Part shown: positions 1-7,505 of the stretch, piece by piece
How the letters are laid out: each line of letters begins with the position of its first letter
Position numbering within the stretch: the stretch's first letter is position 1
Source of the DNA: Opitutaceae bacterium
GTDB taxonomy: Bacteria; Verrucomicrobiota; Verrucomicrobiia; Opitutales; Opitutaceae
Reading direction: 5' to 3'
NCBI GenBank assembly: GCA_014376585.1
Contig: JACMRG010000321.1
Span: forward strand, 1 to 12,184
DNA: 12,184 nucleotides
Made by a program: the position numbers and the translations under genes
The notes under the pieces: model-generated
Told to the model about the DNA's origin: nothing
The model's input: the letters and a program-made list of their open reading frames with translations, nothing else
Databases searched by the model: none

Positions 1-576
1 CCCCCGGGATATTCGATGATGGGGATGACGGCCGCCTTGACCTTGCCGGCCGTTGCCGCCATCGCGTGCAAAGATTCCCGCATCCCCGTCCACATAGGAA
101 CCAAGCATCAGGGTCTCGTCGGCGTTGATCGACGCGATGCCGCCGCGCGGGAGCTTGGCGATCTCGCGCGTGACCTTGGTGTCGTGATGCGGGGCGAAAA
201 TCACGTTGTCCGTCACCATCTCCTTCGTGCCGTCGGCCTTGGTGGTCTCGCGGGCCACGCGCTTCGCGTAATAAACGAGCCCGCTCTTCCGCCCCGCCAC
301 GATCAGGCTCACGCGCTCGCTCACCACGGGTTCGATGGCGCGCGTCGCGAGGTCGATGGTCGCGATGCCGTTTGTCGTGGTGACGATCAGTTTCTTGCCG
401 TCTGGCGAATACGAGTTCTGGTGAAAATAGAGGCTCGCCGTGCCCGGCTCCCGCGAGAGGCGCACCACGCGGTGCCCGGTATCGGGATCGATCCACTCGG
501 TCGGCGGCTCGGCGGCCCGGATCGCGATGGACGCGAGACTGACGAAAATGCACGCAAAGATTGGGGTGAAGCGCAT
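1..576 (-). CDS. Partial (3' end beyond window start) secreted oligogalacturonate lyase-like protein, PL22 / TolB-like beta-propeller family
   Basis: ATG at 576-574 on the minus strand, then an open frame to position 1 (own translation). The N-terminus MRFTPIFACIFVSLASIAIRAA is a signal peptide. The pattern that follows, W-IDPDTGHRVVRLS...ASLYFHQNSYSPDGKKLIVTT...IDLATR...GLVYYAKR, matches the conserved N-terminal blades of oligogalacturonide lyases (Ogl: D-x-TG-x-V-x-RLT ... YFYQ ... DGSKL ... DL-T ... LFYVK). The listed plus ORF 16..585 is its Arg-rich antisense shadow. The C-terminal ~30 aa near the window edge look low-complexity, so a frame or assembly problem there cannot be excluded. 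Confidence 0.6.
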   Translation of the reverse strand, partial: MRFTPIFACIFVSLASIAIRAAEPPTEWIDPDTGHRVVRLSREPGTASLYFHQNSYSPDGKKLIVTTTNGIATIDLATRAIEPVVSERVSLIVAGRKSGLVYYAKRVARETTKADGTKEMVTDNVIFAPHHDTKVTREIAKLPRGGIASINADETLMLGSYVDGDAGIFARDGGNGRQGQGGRHPHHRISRG

Positions 577-714
577 AAAGGGTGATGGGGTTCGACTCCG
601 GCCGCAGGAGAGCGGGGCAAGCCGTAATCTACATGACGGGGATGAAGGTGTTTCGTTGCGGGCGCCGCGCACTGGTTTGTCGGACGGTCCGAAGCCGCCG
701 GCCAACACGGATGC
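577..714. promoter_or_regulatory. Divergent intergenic/promoter region between the PL22-like gene (-) and the CE12 gene (+)
   Basis: A non-coding gap between two divergently oriented starts, 576 (-) and 715/763 (+). It contains one copy of the 8-mer CACGGATG at 706-713 (see findings). No canonical -35/-10 could be assigned. Confidence 0.3.
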
Positions 715-2388
715 TTGGCCTCGCTCCTGAGCCCGTCCACGTTGCCGCTTCCCTTCCGCCCCATGCTCTCCCTCACCGCCTTCCTGACTCTCGCCGCCCT
801 CGCCGCACCCGCCGTATCGCCGTCCGACACCACGCTCCCCCCGCCCCTCGCCGCACCCGAGGCCGTCGCCGCGACCCCGCTCAACCCCGCGCTGCCCACG
901 CTCTTTATCGCCGGCGATTCCACCGCCGCCAAAGGCCCGCCCACCGCCACCGGCTGGGGCGTCCCTTTCGCCGACTACTTCGACGCCACCAAAATCAACC
1001 TCGTCAACGCCGCCCGCGGTGGCCGCAGCAGCCGCACCTTCATCCGCGAGGGCCTTTGGGACCAGCTCCTCGCCAAGGTCAAAGCCGGCGACACCGTCCT
1101 CATCCAGTTCGGCCACAACGACGCTGGCGCCATCAACGACGCCTCCCGCGCCCGCGGCTCGATCCGCTCCGTCGGCGAGGAGACCGAGCAGATCGACAAC
1201 CTCCTCACCAAGCAGCCGGAGCTCGTCCACACCTACGGCTGGTATCTCCGCAAAATGATCGCCGATGTCCGCGCGAAGAAAGCCACGCCCGTCCTGCTCT
1301 CGATCACCATCCGCAACGAGTGGAAGGACGGCAAAGTCGAGCGCGCCAACGGCCCCTGGTCCGTCTTCACCGCCGAACTCGGCAAAACCGAGAACGTCGC
1401 CTTCATCGACCTCACCTCGCTCATCGCCGACGACTACGAGCGCCGCGGTGCCGAAGCCGTGAAACCTTTTTTCCTCAAGGATCACACCCACACCGATCCC
1501 GCCGGCGCCGACCTCAGTGCCTCCCTTGTCGTCGCTGCGCTCAAAAATCTCAACGGCGCGCCCTTCGCCCGCGTGCTCTCCGCCAAGGGCCAAGCCGTCG
1601 CCGCCGCGCCCCTCGCCGCCGTCGTCAACGCCACCCGCGCGTCCCGTGCCCAACCCGTCCCCGCCGATCCGAAATTGCCCACGCTCTTTCTCATCGGCGA
1701 CTCCACCGTCCGCAACGGCCAGGGCGACGGCAACAACGGTCAATGGGGCTGGGGCGAACCCCTCGTCACCCTCTTCGACCCCAAGAAAATCAACGTCGTC
1801 AACCGCGCCGTCGGCGGCCTCAGCAGCCGCACGTTCCTCACGCTCGGCCATTGGGAAAAGACCCTGGCGCTCACGAAGCCCGGCGACTTCGTCGTGATGC
1901 AGTTTGGCCACAACGACAACGGCGCCCTCAACGACGAGCCTCCGCCGCCCCTCCGCGCCCGCGGCACGATCCGCGGCACCGGCGACGAGGCCGTCGAGAT
2001 CGACAACGTCATGACCAAGAAACACGAGGTCGTGCATACCTACGGCTGGTATCTGCGCCGCTTCATCGCCGACGCCCGCGATCGCGGTGTCACCCCCATC
2101 GTCGCCTCCCTCGTGCCGCGCAAATCCTGGACCGGCGGCCACATCAACCGCGCCCCCTACGCCGCGTGGTCCGCCGGGGTCGCGCACACCACCAAGACCG
2201 CCTTCATCCCCCTCAACGAAATCGTCGCCATCCGCTACGAAGCCCTTGGCGCCGAAGGCGTCGAAAAACTCTTTGCTGACGCCAACACCCACACGAGCAT
2301 CGACGGCGCCGAACTCAACGCCGCCTCCGTCGTCGCCGCCCTAAAATCCCTCCCCGGCGCCCCGCTCGATTCCTATCTCGTCAAGTAG
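715..2388 (+). CDS. Secreted tandem-domain rhamnogalacturonan acetylesterase (two CE12 / SGNH-hydrolase domains in one polypeptide)
   Basis: Two SGNH block sets sit in one 557-aa ORF. Domain 1 has LFIAGDSTAA (block I, GDS), NAARGGRSSRTF (block II), LIQFGHNDAG (block III) and KDHTHTD (block V, DxxH). Domain 2 has LFLIGDSTVR, NRAVGGLSSRTF, VMQFGHNDNG and ADANTHTS. These motifs are characteristic of CE12 rhamnogalacturonan acetylesterases (RhgT/YesT, A. aculeatus RGAE). The N-terminus has a signal-peptide-like hydrophobic stretch (MLSLTAFLTLAALAAPAVSP). The Met at 763 is an alternative start, which would give a shorter signal peptide. Stop TAG at 2386-2388. The overlapping Arg/Pro-rich plus ORF 582..2279 is an alternate-frame artefact. 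Confidence 0.85.
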   Translation: MASLLSPSTLPLPFRPMLSLTAFLTLAALAAPAVSPSDTTLPPPLAAPEAVAATPLNPALPTLFIAGDSTAAKGPPTATGWGVPFADYFDATKINLVNAARGGRSSRTFIREGLWDQLLAKVKAGDTVLIQFGHNDAGAINDASRARGSIRSVGEETEQIDNLLTKQPELVHTYGWYLRKMIADVRAKKATPVLLSITIRNEWKDGKVERANGPWSVFTAELGKTENVAFIDLTSLIADDYERRGAEAVKPFFLKDHTHTDPAGADLSASLVVAALKNLNGAPFARVLSAKGQAVAAAPLAAVVNATRASRAQPVPADPKLPTLFLIGDSTVRNGQGDGNNGQWGWGEPLVTLFDPKKINVVNRAVGGLSSRTFLTLGHWEKTLALTKPGDFVVMQFGHNDNGALNDEPPPPLRARGTIRGTGDEAVEIDNVMTKKHEVVHTYGWYLRRFIADARDRGVTPIVASLVPRKSWTGGHINRAPYAAWSAGVAHTTKTAFIPLNEIVAIRYEALGAEGVEKLFADANTHTSIDGAELNAASVVAALKSLPGAPLDSYLVK

Positions 2389-2717
2389 CGCCGGCATCCT
2401 GCCCGCTCCGAAAAGTGGCTGCGGCATCCTGCCGCAGTTCCCACCGTCCGCCCCTCCCGCGCCACCATCAACTCCGAGGACGAGTTGTTGACTTACCACA
2501 ACACCGCCGATGGCAACGGCTGTTGGACGCGCGTCACGCACAGGGTGACGCCGAATTCGTCGCCGCTGTCAGTCATCCCGCGCAGAGTGTCCGGCTCGTC
2601 GCGCAACATCGCCTCGCCCGCCACCTTGAGTCGCTCAAAGGCACCACCGCCGCGAAGTAATCACCCCTCGTCGCTACGTCGCTCAAGACGGCGCCGAACC
2701 CGCTTTACCGTCGCACC

Positions 2718-2748
2718 AAAAAAAAGCCCGACATGACGTCGGGCTTTT
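2718..2748. terminator. Bidirectional rho-independent terminator between convergent genes
   Basis: A8 run (2718-2725), stem GCCCGAC (2726-2732), 5-nt loop, stem GTCGGGC (2738-2744), then TTTT (2745-2748). On the minus strand this reads hairpin followed by U8, directly downstream of the helicase stop at 2786. On the plus strand it reads hairpin followed by U4. Confidence 0.6.
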
Positions 2749-2785
2749 CAATCCGGCCGCGCGAGGGATCGCGCGCTCTCGCGGG

Positions 2786-4618
2786 TTATTCCTTCTCTTT
2801 GCCGGTGGCGACCGAAGGCACCAGCGATTCACCCTTCACGCGAATCCCCGTGAGCTTCTCGATCACGAACAGCGCCTGATCCTGCGCGACGTCCACCAGC
2901 GTGTGCCGTTGATGAATGTCGATCGCGCCGACCACGTTGCCCGGCAACCGCGTCACGCCCGCCACCTTGCCGACGATGTCAGCCGGCGTGACGAGATGCT
3001 TGCGACCGACGTTGAGGAAGATGGTCGTAAAACCTTTTTCCCTACCCGTGCGAGCCGACGGCGGGAAATCGCCCTCGGAGCGCACCACCTCGCGCTCGCC
3101 ATCAATCGGCACGCGCACGGTCTCGCCCGGCGGACGTGGCTTGTCCACGGGCGCCGCGACCTTGGGCCGCGCGGGGAGCGCTGAGGCCGGGGCCCAGGCA
3201 CGCGCGGGTGCGGATGCCGCCGGAGCGGACGCCTCCGCCGCTGGCACGGCTTTCTTCGTAGCCCAGCTCGGCGCCGCGCTCGTGGGAGCTTTTGCCGCCG
3301 GCTTGCCCTCGGGCTTGTCGGAACCACCGCCGCCGCCTTGCAGCAGGTGGATCAGCGCCGAACAGATGTCCGTGCTTGGGTAACCCTGCTCCAGCAGACG
3401 GTCGATCATGCGCTCCTGCTTGCGGAATTTCGCCGCGTTCAAAGTGTCCCGCAGCTTTTCGAAAAACACGTTCTCCCGCGCTTCTTCCACTTGATCGAGC
3501 GACGGAATGTTTTCGCGGCGGATCTTGAGCTTCGCGTAGCGGATAAAATTCTGGAGCACCCAGAGTTCGCGCCCGCAGACAAAGGTAAACGCCCGGCCCG
3601 ACTTGCCCGCGCGGCCCGTGCGGCCGATGCGGTGCGTGTAATCCTCGGCGTCGTTCGGCAGGTCGTAGTTGAACACGACCTCGAGGTCATCGACGTCCAG
3701 CCCGCGCGCCGCGACGTCGGTCGCGACGAGGAACTCGAAGCCCCGCTTGCGGAATTTGTCCATGACGCGGTTGCGCTGCATCTGGGTGATGTCGCCGTGC
3801 AGGCGGTCCACCGCATAGCCGCGCGCACTGAGGATCTCGGCGAGTTCGTCGCACATGATCTTAGTGCTGCAAAAAATGATGCCGTAGCGGAAGTCATGCA
3901 CGTCGATCAGCCGCGTGAGCGCTTCGATCTTTGAACGACGGTCCACCTCGAAATACACCTGGTCCACTTGGGGCGCGTTCTGCGCCGAGGACTCGATCTT
4001 GATCCAAGCCGGATCGCGCGAGTAGCGCTTGATCAGGTCTTGGATCGCCTTCGGCATCGTCGCGGAAAAGAAGAGCAACTGACGCTGCTCGGGCACCGAG
4101 GAGAGGATTTTCTCGATGTCCTCACGAAATCCCATGTCGAGCATGCGGTCCGCCTCGTCCAGAATCACCAACTTCAGCTTATCGAGCTTCAACGACCCGC
4201 GCTCCATATGGTCCATCAGGCGACCCGGCGTGCCGATCACGACCTGCGCGCCCGCGTCGAGCCCGCGGAACTGCCGCTCATAACTCTGGCCGCCGTAAAC
4301 CGGCAACTCGCGGAGTCCGCGCTTGAAGTAGGCCAACTTCGCCACCTCTTCGGCGACCTGCACCGCGAGTTCACGCGTCGGTAGCAAGATCAGCACCTGC
4401 ACGGCCCGGCTCTGCACGTCGACCTTGTCGATGGCCGGAATGGCGAACGCCGCCGTCTTGCCGGAGCCGGTGGAGGACTGCCCGACCACGTCGCGCCCCA
4501 AAAGAATCGTCGGAATCACCGCGGTCTGAATCGGCGAAGCCTCCTCGAAACCCATTTTTTCCACGGCCTTGAGGACCTCGGGCGACAGGCCCAATTCAGT
4601 AAAGAGACGTTTTTCCAT
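2786..4618 (-). CDS. deaD: DEAD-box ATP-dependent RNA helicase with C-terminal DbpA-type RNA-binding domain (DeaD/CsdA/CshA-like)
   Basis: Q-motif region (FEEASPIQ) is present. Motif I is SSTGSGKTAAF, motif II is DEADRMLDMGF, motif III is SAT, and HRIGRTGRAG (motif VI) is also present. An Ala/Pro/Lys-rich linker follows, then a C-terminal block (GFTTIFLNVGRKHLVTPADIVGKV...) typical of the DbpA RNA-binding domain. The start is placed at the internal Met (MEKRLFTELGLSPEVL, ATG at 4618-4616), which matches canonical DEAD-box N-termini. The ORF-track start at 4759 would overlap the upstream gene by about 100 bp. The symbol is family-level only. Confidence 0.85.
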   Translation of the reverse strand: MEKRLFTELGLSPEVLKAVEKMGFEEASPIQTAVIPTILLGRDVVGQSSTGSGKTAAFAIPAIDKVDVQSRAVQVLILLPTRELAVQVAEEVAKLAYFKRGLRELPVYGGQSYERQFRGLDAGAQVVIGTPGRLMDHMERGSLKLDKLKLVILDEADRMLDMGFREDIEKILSSVPEQRQLLFFSATMPKAIQDLIKRYSRDPAWIKIESSAQNAPQVDQVYFEVDRRSKIEALTRLIDVHDFRYGIIFCSTKIMCDELAEILSARGYAVDRLHGDITQMQRNRVMDKFRKRGFEFLVATDVAARGLDVDDLEVVFNYDLPNDAEDYTHRIGRTGRAGKSGRAFTFVCGRELWVLQNFIRYAKLKIRRENIPSLDQVEEARENVFFEKLRDTLNAAKFRKQERMIDRLLEQGYPSTDICSALIHLLQGGGGGSDKPEGKPAAKAPTSAAPSWATKKAVPAAEASAPAASAPARAWAPASALPARPKVAAPVDKPRPPGETVRVPIDGEREVVRSEGDFPPSARTGREKGFTTIFLNVGRKHLVTPADIVGKVAGVTRLPGNVVGAIDIHQRHTLVDVAQDQALFVIEKLTGIRVKGESLVPSVATGKEKE

Positions 4619-4659
4619 CCGGCAAGTTGACCACGCCCCGCACAAAATGAGAGCTAAAT

Positions 4660-5550
4660 CTAAACCCTCGGCCAGTGCTGTCGCAGCTTGGCCCGCACGA
4701 ACCGCACACTCTCCGCGAGCTGCTCCATCCCATCGACCCCGTCCTCGATGCTCACCCAACCGTCGAAACCAACCGCCTTCAGCGTCCCGAAAATCGCGTC
4801 GTAGTCGTTCAACCCCTTCCCAATCGTGCCGTGCCGCAGCCGCTTCGCGTAACCCTCCGCGCCGGTTTCATCCCGCCGCAGATCTTCCAGCGTCCCCTCC
4901 GCCAGATAACGGTCGCTCGCGTGCATCGTCACAACGCGGTGTTTCACCCGCTCCAACAACTCCAACGGCTCATCCCCCGCGAGGAACGCGTTGCTGGGGT
5001 CGTAGTTCACCCCGAAACGCGGATGCCTCACCCGCTCCACCAGTTCGCAAAAAACATCCATCTTCTGCGCAAACTCCGGGTAGCTCCAAAAATCATCCTT
5101 GTAGTGATTCTCGATGATCAGCGTGACCCCGCACCGCTCCGCCTCGGGCAGGCACGCCTCGATGCTTTGCGCGACCAGCTCGACGCCGAGCTCCCGCGTC
5201 AATTCCGGCCGACGTTGCCCCGACAACACGCGGCAATACCCCGCCCCCAGCGCCGCCGCCATGCGGATCCAGTTCTTCTCCTTCTCGATTTCGCTCTGCC
5301 GAAACCCCGCGTCCGGATGCGAAAAATCCGGCGAGCAGCACAGCATCGGAATCACCAACCCGCTGGTCTCGACCGTCCGCCGCGCCTCGGTCCAACGCGC
5401 CGGATCGGCGAGTTCAAGGAAGCCGCTGTAGTATTCGAGTCCGTCGAGCCCGAGCGGCGCCGCGAGATCCACCCACTCGCGCAACGTCATCGTGCCGTCC
5501 TTGCACAGCGGCCGCATAAACGCCTTCGGAAATGCAGCGAGTTTCGGCAT
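4660..5550 (-). CDS. Sugar-phosphate isomerase/epimerase, xylose-isomerase-like TIM barrel (UlaE/SgbU-like L-ribulose-5-P 3-epimerase family)
   Basis: The 296-aa ORF starts with ATG at 5550-5548 and stops with TAG at 4662-4660. It aligns by eye block-for-block with E. coli UlaE. LGLDGLEYY corresponds to LGFDFVEMS, VTLIIENHYKD to VTLAMEIMDY, VVTMHASD to IVAVHVKD, and GKGLNDYDAIFGTLKAVGFDGWVSIE to [26 protein letters not shown]. These blocks carry the metal-binding E/D/H positions of the AP_endonuc_2 TIM-barrel fold. It starts 17 nt after the SDR stop. Confidence 0.8.
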   Translation of the reverse strand: MPKLAAFPKAFMRPLCKDGTMTLREWVDLAAPLGLDGLEYYSGFLELADPARWTEARRTVETSGLVIPMLCCSPDFSHPDAGFRQSEIEKEKNWIRMAAALGAGYCRVLSGQRRPELTRELGVELVAQSIEACLPEAERCGVTLIIENHYKDDFWSYPEFAQKMDVFCELVERVRHPRFGVNYDPSNAFLAGDEPLELLERVKHRVVTMHASDRYLAEGTLEDLRRDETGAEGYAKRLRHGTIGKGLNDYDAIFGTLKAVGFDGWVSIEDGVDGMEQLAESVRFVRAKLRQHWPRV

Positions 5551-5567
5551 GTTTCAAAAACGCCCCG

Positions 5568-6347
5568 TCACTTCGCGCTGTTCTTGCAGGGATTGCGCCC
5601 GATCACCGAAAACTGCTCCAGCTCCACCACCGCACCGCTCACCGGCCGCGACTCGTCGCCGAGCCAGTAGACCGCCGCCGCCGCGATTTCCTCCGGCATG
5701 ATCAACCGCCCCGACGGGGCAAACTGCGGCGGCACCGTCTGCGGCCAATCCGCCGCCATCCCGTGCTCGATCTGATGCGCGTATTCACGCGCCGTGAGGA
5801 CCCAGCCCACGTTGAGATGATTCACCCTCACGCGATCCGTGCCATGCGCGTTTGCCAAATTGCGCGACAGTGTCTGCAACGCGCCTTTCGACATGCTGTA
5901 ATCCAGCAAATTGGCCTGCCCGCTATGGGCGTTGATCGAACCGACGTTCAGCACGCAGCCTTCATTGGCCTTCAACTGCGCGAACGCCGCCTGAATCAGC
6001 AGCAGTGGCGCCCGCACGTTGACCGCCATCATCCGGTCAAAAAAATCCGCCGTCGTCGAAGCGAGATTGCTCCGCGCCACCACCGCCGCGTTGTTCACCA
6101 CCGCGTCGATCCGCCCAAACGCCGCCATCGCCGCCGCCACGGTCCGCCCCGCGCTCGCCGTGTCCGCCAAATCGTCCAAATGCAGCGCCGCCGCGGCACC
6201 CAACTTCTTCACCACCGCTTCCCCATCGGCGCGCTCGATCCCCTGCACGAGCACCCGCGCACCCTCGGCCACGCAACGCTCCGAGATCGCCCGCCCAATC
6301 CCCGACGTCCCGCCGGTCACGATGATAACTTTCCCGTTCAGTCTCAT
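5568..6347 (-). CDS. Short-chain dehydrogenase/reductase (SDR) family oxidoreductase
   Basis: The N-terminus has a Rossmann motif, KVIIVTGGTSGIGRA (TGxxxGxG). An NNAA segment and the catalytic YSMSKGAL (YxxxK) are present. Length is 259 aa. ATG at 6347-6345. Stop TGA at 5570-5568. Confidence 0.85.
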   Translation of the reverse strand: MRLNGKVIIVTGGTSGIGRAISERCVAEGARVLVQGIERADGEAVVKKLGAAAALHLDDLADTASAGRTVAAAMAAFGRIDAVVNNAAVVARSNLASTTADFFDRMMAVNVRAPLLLIQAAFAQLKANEGCVLNVGSINAHSGQANLLDYSMSKGALQTLSRNLANAHGTDRVRVNHLNVGWVLTAREYAHQIEHGMAADWPQTVPPQFAPSGRLIMPEEIAAAAVYWLGDESRPVSGAVVELEQFSVIGRNPCKNSAK

Positions 6348-6359
6348 AAGCGGAAAATC

Positions 6360-6458
6360 TTAACCACGGATGAACACGGATGGACACGGATAAAAATCTC
6401 CGCGCCTTCCTTTCCGAGAGCCGTCCATCCGTGTCTATCCGTGTTCATCCGTGGTTAA
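6360..6458. repeat. 99-bp inverted-repeat element: two 32-bp arms (31/32 complementary), each with three 10-bp-phased CACGGATG units, separated by a 35-bp spacer
   Basis: The left arm, 6360-6391, reads ttaaccacggatgaacacggatggacacggat. The right arm, 6427-6458, reads atccgtgtctatccgtgttcatccgtggttaa. That is the reverse complement of the left arm except for one position (G6382 opposite T6436). On the plus strand, units CACGGAT start at 6365, 6375 and 6385. Their complements ATCCGTG start at 6427, 6437 and 6447. The element is flanked by A/T runs (aaaat before, aaaaaat after). It fills the 132-bp gap between the ADH stop (6480) and the SDR start (6347). Confidence 0.85.
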
Positions 6459-6479
6459 AAAATCATTTCCTCCCCCCGT

Positions 6480-7505
6480 TCACACCGGCTTCAACACCGC
6501 CTTCACAATCACGCCCGAATGCATTTTCTCAAAGGCCTCGTGCCACGATTCGAGCCCCCACACCCCGCCCATGATCGGCCGCACGTCGAGCTGCCCCGAC
6601 GCCAACAATGCCAGCACGCGCTCCCACACCGGCCAGTTGTGTGAAAAACTTCCCTGCAACGTGATGTTCTTCTGCACGAGCGGATCGAGCGAGAAGCCCA
6701 GCGGCTGCGGGCCCCAACCCACTTTGCTGATCCACCCGTTCGGCCGCACGATTTCCATCGCGACTTTCAACGCCGCCGATGCCCCCGCGGCATCGATGAC
6801 CCCGTCCACGCCAAGTCCATCCCGCGACTTCGCCCACGCCGAGGCATCGCCCACGATCACCTCGCAACCATAGACCTTCGCCACCTCCAACCGCGCGCGA
6901 TCCCGCTCCAACCCCACCAGCGCGACCTGCGCGCCCGCCAGCCGCGCCATCGCCGCGCATAGAATCCCAATCGGGCCCGGCCCGAGCACCACGACGCGAT
7001 CACCCGGCCGCACCCGCGCGTTGTTGATCACCGCGTTGAACGCCACGCAGCACGGCTCCGTGAGCGCCGCCTGTTCCATCGCCAGCCCATCGGGCACGCG
7101 GTGCAGACACCGCGCCGGCACCCGCACGAACCGCGTCATCGCCCCGTCGACGCCATATCCAAAACCCTTTCGCGTCGGCTCCAAATTATAGAGCCCCTCG
7201 CGCGTGAGCGGGCTGTCCGGATCGATCACCGCCGCCGTCTCGCTCACCACGCGGTCGCCTTCTTTCCAGCCGCGCACCGCGCTGCCGATTTCCGCGATGC
7301 GCCCGCCGAACTCATGCCCGAGCACCACCGGATAGTTCACCTTCCAACTGTGCGACGCCGTCCACTGGTGGAGATCGCTGCCGCATACGCCGACCGCCTC
7401 GACGGCCAGCACGATATCGTCCGGCCCGGCGACCGGACGCGGGATTTCGCGCAGCTCGACGCTGTGAGTTTCGGAGGAGTAGTTAACGACAGCGGGGCTT
7501 TTCAT
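6480..7505 (-). CDS. Zn-dependent medium-chain alcohol/polyol dehydrogenase (sorbitol/L-iditol/L-threonine-3-dehydrogenase-like MDR)
   Basis: The 341-aa ORF has the CGSDLH and GHEFGG (catalytic Zn) motifs and the GPGPIG NAD(P)-binding glycine motif. ATG at 7505-7503. Its start overlaps the stop of the upstream decarboxylase gene in an ATGA arrangement. Confidence 0.85.
   Translation of the reverse strand: MKSPAVVNYSSETHSVELREIPRPVAGPDDIVLAVEAVGVCGSDLHQWTASHSWKVNYPVVLGHEFGGRIAEIGSAVRGWKEGDRVVSETAAVIDPDSPLTREGLYNLEPTRKGFGYGVDGAMTRFVRVPARCLHRVPDGLAMEQAALTEPCCVAFNAVINNARVRPGDRVVVLGPGPIGILCAAMARLAGAQVALVGLERDRARLEVAKVYGCEVIVGDASAWAKSRDGLGVDGVIDAAGASAALKVAMEIVRPNGWISKVGWGPQPLGFSLDPLVQKNITLQGSFSHNWPVWERVLALLASGQLDVRPIMGGVWGLESWHEAFEKMHSGVIVKAVLKPV

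Noticed and set aside
16-585. 189-aa plus-strand ORF at the window start
   Set aside because: It is antisense to the PL22-like gene, whose translation has a signal peptide and family motifs. The plus translation is Arg/Gly/Asp-rich with no motifs.
589-599. tRNA T-arm-like string GGTTCGACTCC
   Set aside because: The flanking bases cannot form a T-stem (gggg would need cccc but is followed by ccgg). No acceptor stem, anticodon arm or CCA could be built. It is a chance match.
582-2279. 565-aa plus-strand ORF (Arg/Pro-rich) overlapping the CE12 gene in another frame
   Set aside because: Extremely Arg/Pro/His-rich low-complexity translation. The other frame (715..2388) carries two complete SGNH motif sets.
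2415-2736. Small plus ORFs (81 aa and 83 aa) and a 38-aa minus ORF in the CE12-helicase spacer
   Set aside because: Low-complexity Arg/Ser/Pro-rich translations with no start context or motifs. The region is treated as non-coding (see finding).
5532-6458. 308-aa plus ORF. Similar antisense ORFs lie at 4675..5670, 3338..3934, 2916..3383, 7541..8029, 11127..11690 and 11366..12127
   Set aside because: All lie antisense or out-of-frame inside well-supported genes (SDR, isomerase, helicase, decarboxylase, kdpA). All show Arg/Pro/His-rich shadow composition.
6360-6458. Possibility that the 10-bp tandem units form a CRISPR array
   Set aside because: There are only three 8-bp units per side, with 2-bp 'spacers' in an inverted arrangement. 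There is no cas gene and no unique spacers. This is not CRISPR architecture.
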